Positions 57,773 through 64,000 of a DNA stretch of 64,000 bases are shown here, piece after piece (the stretch's first letter is position 1; every line of letters begins with the position of its first letter). The translations under genes were made by a program, and so were the position numbers. The stretch comes from Candidatus Latescibacterota bacterium. GTDB taxonomy: Bacteria; Latescibacterota; UBA2968. The stretch is taken from contig OZ242320.1 in assembly GCA_965208125.1 (NCBI GenBank), positions 3,008,001-3,072,000 on the forward strand. Reading direction: 5' to 3'. Below the pieces are notes generated by a model. That model was not told the origin of the DNA, ran no database searches, and saw nothing but the letters and a program-made list of their open reading frames with translations.

Positions 57773-60736
57773 TTAAAAACTCACCTTGATTCCGAAGAAG
57801 ATATCCCTCGGAGGCAAGAAGGTCGCGCTTTCTGCGTTTGGCATTATGATATGGCTGTCCTCTCCTCCGATGGCTCCCATCCTGTCGTTCCCCACTGGAT
57901 TTTCATAGGCCGGGGATTCGGGCAGGTTCAAGGATGTCATATAGTCCTCCCTGTCGGAGGTGCTGACAAAACCCGCGTTCCCATTGAAGTGTTTCTGGTT
58001 GAACAGATTCGTAATATCCACAAACAGGCCGACATCTACTCCTCTCGCCGCGAAGTCCTTGGATATCCGCGCGTTCCAGTTCGAGTAGTTCTCCCACTGG
58101 AGGTTGTTCTGGATACCTGGAATCTGGTTTGGATTGTAGGTGATCCAGCCCCCGGCTCTCCAATTGTAGAAGAGGCTGAATCGAAATCTCTCCAGCGGCT
58201 TGAATCCGGCCACTTCTGGTCCGGAATCCGGCGGCACCAGGAGCATCACATTCGCCCGGAATGAGGGCCGGGTTTTAGGCCTGCTCTGGTATGGGTCCTG
58301 CAGGCCAAAAAGTCTGTGTTGAACCGGGTCCTCGTAGTAGTGCCGGCGCCCGATAAACCCACTGGTCAGGACCATGTAGTTGTAGTTCGCCCATCCTGTG
58401 AACCACTGCCCCACGCTTTTATCCACTCTGATTTCGAAACCCCTGATGTCCGCGTAGTTGTTGTTTTCAACGGTGGTATAGACCACACTTCCATCTACAT
58501 TGTTGTAGGTGACATTGCCAGCCTGATCGGCGACATCCTTATAGTATCCGGCCAGATGAATGAGCACCGTATTGAACAGATTGTGGTCGTACCCCAGTTC
58601 ATAAGCGATGGTTCGTTCCCACTCTGTGCTCGGGTTGCCCAGATAGGTTATCTTGCCCGGAAAACTTCTTCGGACGCCGTAGTAATGCTCTGTTCTGGGT
58701 ATGCTGTAGAAGTGACCGTAGTTGAAATAGATCTTTGAATTCACTGTGATGGGGTGTGATACGCCCAGCCGTGGGCTGAATTTGAGGTGGCTCTTAGCAG
58801 GCTCCGTGGGAACGACTTCCTCAAAGTCTTCCTGGTATTTCGCCGTCAGGAATTTGGAATAGCGATCCACTGAATACCAGTCTGTGGCGGGCGTGGCGTA
58901 ATCCATACGAACCCCAATATTCGCGATCATGCCCTCCACCTCCAGCTTGTCCTGGGCGTACGCGCTGAACCGTTTGGGGATCTTTTCGTACGTGTTGATC
59001 CAGGTGTAGGGTGTGATGCCCGGGTTGTAGATGGCATTCCAGATCGCCATGTCGTTATAGACGTAGTGAAATCCCGCTTTGGCCTGATTGTAACGGCCGA
59101 TCTGGCTGGTGATATCCACCCGGATATTCGTGGTCGTAATAATCGAGCTGTCACGAGCCGTCGAAAGATGCATGCCCATACGCATTCCGTCCTGGGCTTC
59201 AATTGAATCAAACCACAAACCCAGCGGTGCTTCATCTACCATCATTGGACCGAACTGGTATTGCGGCGTGCGGTCCCTTATGGGCAGAGCAGTCGTACGG
59301 TACTCGGATTCCATCTGATCTACCCTGAGGTTATAGAAAGTAGATCTGCCCAGCGTGTGTGTGAGTACGAAACCCAACGAGGTCCTCTTGAGGCTGAACA
59401 GAGAAAACCTGGATGGTGTATAGATCGTCGCGCCGCTATAGCTGGTCGCGTCTGCCAGTGCCTCGATGGCGTTGTCGTAATAGAGCCCTGTGTTGCCGTC
59501 TGCGACTGACTCGATATTGCTGTATCCTCCAACAACAGTGAGTTTCATTGATGGGATGATATTCAAAATCAGCTTCAGCGTCGAGTTGTCTTCCCGATGG
59601 TTGTCTCTTGACATCGGATAGGGATAGACATTGATATCCGTACGGTGTGATGCAAAGAAGCTCAGCTTCCTGCTGGCGGGAATCAGAGGGCCGCCGATAC
59701 TCGCGTCTCCAATATGGTCCGCTTTGTCCCCATCCTTCAAAGGACGCGGTCCGCCTTCGGCGAATTTTCTGAACATAAATAGCTGCTGGGCTTCTTGGGG
59801 CGACATGTCATTTGAGGGATCGTCATCTTCTGTATATCGCCTGGCTATCTCATTCCAGCCTACAAATTGCCTTTCCTGTAGCTGGGTTTCCTCATCCCAC
59901 TTGCCCGTACCTTCAAAGGCAACTTCAGGATCGAGAAAAGCCCGCAGATAGTAGTTATCTGCGCTATACCATGAGGGTCCGAAATGCTTTTTGGCAGGGG
60001 GGCTGTAGCGATAATCAACCGACCCGTGGTAACGGTCCTGGGCAGATTTTGTGATCACGTTGATCACACCTGATCTCACATTTCCGTATTCCGCATTGAA
60101 TCCACCGGTGATAATTGAGATCTCCTGTACGGCACTCAGGTTGAGGGAGGTCAGCGTGGGTCTGTTCACCCGTTCATCCACCATCAGGATGCCATCCACC
60201 ATCATCGCGACCTGGTTTTGCCCACCCCCTCGGACCACCATATTCTCGATTCCCGGCTGCGTGTTCAGAAACTGCTCGACCTTCACAACTGCAGGGATCT
60301 CCCTCACCTGTTCACCCTGGGCAATTACTTCGCTGGCGGAAACGTCCATCTGGACCACTTCCCTTTCAGCCGTGATCTGGATCTCCTGCCCCTCTATACT
60401 GCTAACCTGCAATGAGAAGTTGATAGGAACCGTACGTCGTCCCTGCACCAGCACATCCGTTTTGCTCACAGTCGTGTATCCGACCATGGATGCCCGGACC
60501 ACATGCTTGCCCGGCGAAACGTTCAGGATGTTGTAAACGCCTTCCGCATCGGTTGAAGCCCCCAGCGATGTGCCTTCGATGATTACATTCGCCCCCGGTA
60601 GGGGATCTCCGGTCTGCGCGTCTGTGACGACACCGCGGACCTTACCTGTCTCTTGAGCAAACAGGCCTCCCTGGACGAGGAAGAGGGAAAGCGCAATGCT
60701 GAGTAGCGGTAGAAAACACCTTCTTGTCCGTTCCAT
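57773..60736 (-). CDS. TonB-dependent receptor with an N-terminal carboxypeptidase-regulatory-like domain
   Basis: GKVRGVVTDAQTGDPLPGANV, VRGG, GGFNAEYGN..SGVINVITK, C-terminal PRDIFFGIKVSF. Confidence 0.93.
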   Translation of the reverse strand: MERTRRCFLPLLSIALSLFLVQGGLFAQETGKVRGVVTDAQTGDPLPGANVIIEGTSLGASTDAEGVYNILNVSPGKHVVRASMVGYTTVSKTDVLVQGRRTVPINFSLQVSSIEGQEIQITAEREVVQMDVSASEVIAQGEQVREIPAVVKVEQFLNTQPGIENMVVRGGGQNQVAMMVDGILMVDERVNRPTLTSLNLSAVQEISIITGGFNAEYGNVRSGVINVITKSAQDRYHGSVDYRYSPPAKKHFGPSWYSADNYYLRAFLDPEVAFEGTGKWDEETQLQERQFVGWNEIARRYTEDDDPSNDMSPQEAQQLFMFRKFAEGGPRPLKDGDKADHIGDASIGGPLIPASRKLSFFASHRTDINVYPYPMSRDNHREDNSTLKLILNIIPSMKLTVVGGYSNIESVADGNTGLYYDNAIEALADATSYSGATIYTPSRFSLFSLKRTSLGFVLTHTLGRSTFYNLRVDQMESEYRTTALPIRDRTPQYQFGPMMVDEAPLGLWFDSIEAQDGMRMGMHLSTARDSSIITTTNIRVDITSQIGRYNQAKAGFHYVYNDMAIWNAIYNPGITPYTWINTYEKIPKRFSAYAQDKLEVEGMIANIGVRMDYATPATDWYSVDRYSKFLTAKYQEDFEEVVPTEPAKSHLKFSPRLGVSHPITVNSKIYFNYGHFYSIPRTEHYYGVRRSFPGKITYLGNPSTEWERTIAYELGYDHNLFNTVLIHLAGYYKDVADQAGNVTYNNVDGSVVYTTVENNNYADIRGFEIRVDKSVGQWFTGWANYNYMVLTSGFIGRRHYYEDPVQHRLFGLQDPYQSRPKTRPSFRANVMLLVPPDSGPEVAGFKPLERFRFSLFYNWRAGGWITYNPNQIPGIQNNLQWENYSNWNARISKDFAARGVDVGLFVDITNLFNQKHFNGNAGFVSTSDREDYMTSLNLPESPAYENPVGNDRMGAIGGEDSHIIMPNAESATFLPPRDIFFGIKVSF

Positions 60737-60759
60737 ATTTCTCTCCTCTTTTTTCCAAC

Positions 60760-60770
60760 TTGTGATACAA
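60760..60770. promoter_or_regulatory. Candidate GntR/FadR-type operator TTGT-N3-ACAA
   Basis: Palindrome 24 nt upstream of the receptor start codon. Confidence 0.35.
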
Positions 60771-61034
60771 CGTGTTAAATTTTATAGCATTTAACCTCCT
60801 TTCTACCGAAAGGCCCGATTCGGTTGGCAATTTTTGTTGCTGAAAATGTTTAGGAAATTTAATACTAATCTTATGAATGAACTTTGACTGGTCCATTGTT
60901 TGCTGAAGCCGTAGCAGAGTCGGAAAAAGGATTTTCCTGCTACGAATTGCATACTATGGGAGCGATATCCCCGCCGAGATCGCCCAGTCAAGATTCTATA
61001 TTTAATTAGTATAATTTAATAAAATATCAAGTAT

Positions 61035-61063
61035 AGTTTATTATCATAATTAGTAGATGTCAA
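61035..61063 (-). promoter_or_regulatory. Sigma70 promoter upstream of the TonB receptor locus
   Basis: TTGACA-17 nt-TAAACT in a very AT-rich tract. Confidence 0.55.
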
Positions 61064-61095
61064 TATTTTATTTTTCTATCCGATGGGCTGCTTTA

Positions 61096-61172
61096 TGGTG
61101 GGCGATACTGGATTCGAACCAGTGACCTCCTGCTTGTAAGGCAGGCGCTCTAACCAGCTGAGCTAACCGCCC
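61096..61172 (-). tRNA. trnV: tRNA-Val(TAC)
   Basis: GGGCGGTTAGCTCAGCTGG...CCTTACAAG...GGTTCGAATCC...CGCCCACCA; 77 nt with encoded CCA. Confidence 0.97.
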
Positions 61173-61274
61173 GGATAGTGTTAGCGCAAATTAGCCTAAT
61201 AACGGGTTCAAATTTTGGGTCACAGATCCTGATTTGAATACTTCTTCAGTCATGCTTATCTCCTATACTCAATA

Positions 61275-61312
61275 AAACAGCCCTGTCTCCGCTGAAAGAG
61301 ACAGGGCTGTTT
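61275..61312. terminator. Terminator hairpin
   Basis: 15-bp perfect stem aaacagccctgtctc/gagacagggctgttt. Confidence 0.8.
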
Positions 61313-61384
61313 GTGTGTACCTCCGGTAAGGGAAGCTATTCGAGCTTTCCAATTTCCCCTACCGCGAGGTCTGGGGTTGATTGG

Positions 61385-63463
61385 TTAATTGATGGTCACG
61401 CCAAACGCATCCATAAAGATCAGAAAATCGGGCACCCCGATTTCCCCATCCATATTCAGATCGTATTTGGCATCGTATCTGTCATCGCCAAGTTTGGAAT
61501 CAAAGGCACTGACAAAGAGCACAAAATCAGCAACATTAACTATTCCGTTGCCATCAAAATCAGGTGTAAGGGCTGGTTTGAGCAACAAATCAATTCCAGT
61601 ATTGAGCGACACGAACACTGGATGTGTCACATATTGAATACGTGCTTCAACCATTCGTATAGTAGCACCTGAGAACTGGTCAGTTGTACGCAAATTTAAT
61701 GTAAACAGATGACCAGGTGAATAGTGAGTATGGTATGAACGGACTCGCACTCGCTTGATATCTGACTCTGTTGCAATAGGGACAAGATAATAAGAGGAAT
61801 GTGCGACTTCGATGTGATCTATCTGAGAAGAATCATACTCAAAGTCAATATATATCCGATGGACAGGTTCATCAGGCTCAGTGCTGAAAATCTGGATTGG
61901 GACGATCTCATTCGGCGCAACCTCGATTGAATTAACCGATTGATCACCACGAGCAAGGTTTAAATCCATAGAAAGCGTTGTGGGATTGACCGCAGGGGGA
62001 TCAACAGGTAAAGGTGTGGGTGGATCAGGCTGCACTGGTGGCGTGGGCGGTTGCACTGGGGGTTTAACTTCTGGCGGCGTGATATTCCGCAAGACGAAGC
62101 CCTTGAAACCAAGTGGTTTATTATCGCCACTCTGCATGTATTGATCTACTTGAACAATAGCTGGCTTTGAACGTCTAAGGTAGCCTTGACCAGAAGGAGC
62201 AGACTTAGGTGTATCATTTGTAAATCCAAAAGCATCATCATCTGTAAAGTGTGCAGCCCACACACCTTCCCTATCTTGTATCGGTTCGTAGTCGTCTGGA
62301 CCTCTGCCAACGGATATAAGAAAGGCTCGTTCAGCATCGAGATGAGCCCCACGTCCAATCTTACTATAATCATCAACAACATGATCGTAATCCACTGCAA
62401 CTCTATCAGTACTTGTCACTGCTTTGTTTAATGTCAGTGTGACATTCCTACCGCTGATAGAAACGGTTGATACTTTATACCCATGGCCAATATCTCCGTT
62501 CAAAGACGAACCGTTTATAATCATCGTGAAGTCCATAGGAGAAGGCGGTTTGGCTGTTTTTAGCAGTTCATCATAAGCAATCGTGACAGTGTTGCCATTT
62601 ACATTGCTTTCCGATGCTATGATGATAGGGGCAGGATTGATACTGGGAGAATGGTTCAAATTTGGAAGATTCGTAGCAGTTCCACCAATATTTGCTGTAA
62701 TTGTAGAACCGCCATGACGTACCAAGGTGTTTGCAAGCAATACTAATCCTGAACCCTTTGGGACGTTGCCAGTGCTGCGAAATGTCAATGTGTTGGTTCC
62801 GCCGCCTGAGTTATAATTGGCAATTCTATTATGAGTGGTGTTGTCTGACATTTTTCTCGCCCTGAATGTAACTCGAGGCGTGCCTGTGACTGTAACAATC
62901 TTAGAAAATTTCATCTTCACTGTAATGATACGATCCGCAATTGCTGCTTGCTCATATAACTGATTGTCGTCTGGTCCTGATATAGTTGCACTCAGAACCG
63001 TATTGGTCAAATTATTGGTTACAGATGTAGCAGTGAAACTCGGTGTGCTACCCAGGTTTTTACCTCCATCCTTCATCGTGTTGTCATAAGCAACCGTGAC
63101 AACTGCACCCCAGCCTATAGGCTCCATAACATAAACCTTCACCTCTGTTGACACATCATTATATCCCCAAGGATGGAGAGGGACATTTTCGCCATCTGCT
63201 GTGACAGTGATTCCGCTCGTGTGGAAGCTCCAAATATTGGCGGGCGGATTTGATATTGTAATCGGGGTAGGGTCACTTGTAAAATTCAATACTACGCAGA
63301 TGCCAGAGAGACGGCCCTGTGCATCTGGCTTGAAAGAATCCAATCTCATCTTGGCATTTTGAAGTGCTCCCCCATTCGGTTGCCCCCATGATTCTCCAAT
63401 AAACACTGCAAACAACATACTCATTGCAAAAACAAACCTGGTAAACCTTGTCGCTTTTTTCAT
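61385..63463 (-). CDS. Exported surface protein with SwmB/Ig-like repeats, a Pro-rich linker, and cohesin-like and dockerin-like C-terminal domains
   Basis: Signal peptide; NGNTVTIAYDELL..VSISGRNVTLTLNKAV; PPVQPPTPPVQPDPP; DFDGNGIVNVADFVLF...DLNMDGEIGVPDFLIF; visibly AT-richer codons. Confidence 0.8.
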   Translation of the reverse strand: MKKATRFTRFVFAMSMLFAVFIGESWGQPNGGALQNAKMRLDSFKPDAQGRLSGICVVLNFTSDPTPITISNPPANIWSFHTSGITVTADGENVPLHPWGYNDVSTEVKVYVMEPIGWGAVVTVAYDNTMKDGGKNLGSTPSFTATSVTNNLTNTVLSATISGPDDNQLYEQAAIADRIITVKMKFSKIVTVTGTPRVTFRARKMSDNTTHNRIANYNSGGGTNTLTFRSTGNVPKGSGLVLLANTLVRHGGSTITANIGGTATNLPNLNHSPSINPAPIIIASESNVNGNTVTIAYDELLKTAKPPSPMDFTMIINGSSLNGDIGHGYKVSTVSISGRNVTLTLNKAVTSTDRVAVDYDHVVDDYSKIGRGAHLDAERAFLISVGRGPDDYEPIQDREGVWAAHFTDDDAFGFTNDTPKSAPSGQGYLRRSKPAIVQVDQYMQSGDNKPLGFKGFVLRNITPPEVKPPVQPPTPPVQPDPPTPLPVDPPAVNPTTLSMDLNLARGDQSVNSIEVAPNEIVPIQIFSTEPDEPVHRIYIDFEYDSSQIDHIEVAHSSYYLVPIATESDIKRVRVRSYHTHYSPGHLFTLNLRTTDQFSGATIRMVEARIQYVTHPVFVSLNTGIDLLLKPALTPDFDGNGIVNVADFVLFVSAFDSKLGDDRYDAKYDLNMDGEIGVPDFLIFMDAFGVTIN

Positions 63464-63481
63464 TTTATTCTCCTATCTTAA

Positions 63482-63832
63482 TTGTCTTACATTCTGAATG
63501 ATAACGTTTGCCGGATTAGGCCAAAATTGCAAAATCTGAACTGGCCAGAGAGTTTGAGCCAACCGCTCAGACGATCCAAAACTGGATACGCCATGCTGAT
63601 CGAGATGAGGGCCTTCGAGAAGATGGTCTTAAGAGCGATGAGCGCGAAGAGTTGCGTCGTCTTCGACGCGAGAAATGGCACTTATGGTGCCCCGCGCATC
63701 TGGAAAGATCTGATGGATGAGGATATCCGAGTAGGCAAGAAGCGCGTAGCGCGTCTGATGGGTGAGATGGGCATTTATGGCTTTAGGCGCCGAAAGAGCA
63801 CACAAACGACTGTTAAGAGGTGCATTAGGTGA
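63482..63832 (+). mobile_element. IS3-family transposase OrfB fragment (degraded)
   Basis: TYGAPRIWKDL...VGKKRVARLMGEMGIYG (HTH_21-like); no DDE domain. Confidence 0.8.
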
Positions 63833-63840
63833 ATTTGTAC

Positions 63841-63996
63841 AAATAGAAACGTCAGTTTATAGACAGTGGTGCTGAGATTTTCTCTGGTAATGATACAGTC
63901 AAGACGTATGAAGCGCGTCTTTCTGAGTTGGAGCGATTGCTGGGTCAGAAAGAAGTAGAACTGGCTCTGCTTAAAAATTTTTTAGGCAACCGTTGA
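63841..63996 (+). mobile_element. IS3-family OrfA C-terminal fragment (degraded)
   Basis: K*KRQFIDSGAEIFS...RLSELERLLGQKEVELALLKNFLGNR*; A/T slippery run at the end. Confidence 0.7.
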
Positions 63997-64000
63997 ACGT

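Overview
Gene-dense bacterial chromosomal window with about 50 credible CDSs, one tRNA-Val(TAC) and IS3 debris at the right edge. No CRISPR array, rRNA, prophage or integrase was seen. The gene repertoire points to an FCB-related lineage such as Latescibacterota (inference only): a PorV-like protein, a T9SS-type C-terminal domain, many sulfatases, paired EF-hand/dockerin-like tags and DUF6785-like membrane proteins. Housekeeping genes (guaB, nth, comM-like, TrmH, ExbB/ExbD/TonB) are mixed with catabolic enzymes. Highlights: (1) a coupled operon of ECF sigma factor, membrane anti-sigma and an exported caspase-family protease fused to a probable outer-membrane beta-barrel, followed by an S41 protease remnant; (2) an unannotated promoter, 32-codon leader peptide and terminator upstream of guaB; (3) a tRNA-adjacent polysaccharide-utilisation locus without SusD, made of a TonB receptor, a frameshifted T9SS-type cargo, PorV-like, heparinase II/III, DUF6785-like, enolase-family and oligogalacturonate-lyase-like genes; (4) four exported proteins sharing a dockerin-like tag, two of them inside a direct-repeat-bounded block. 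All calls were made by eye from motifs; no database searches were run.
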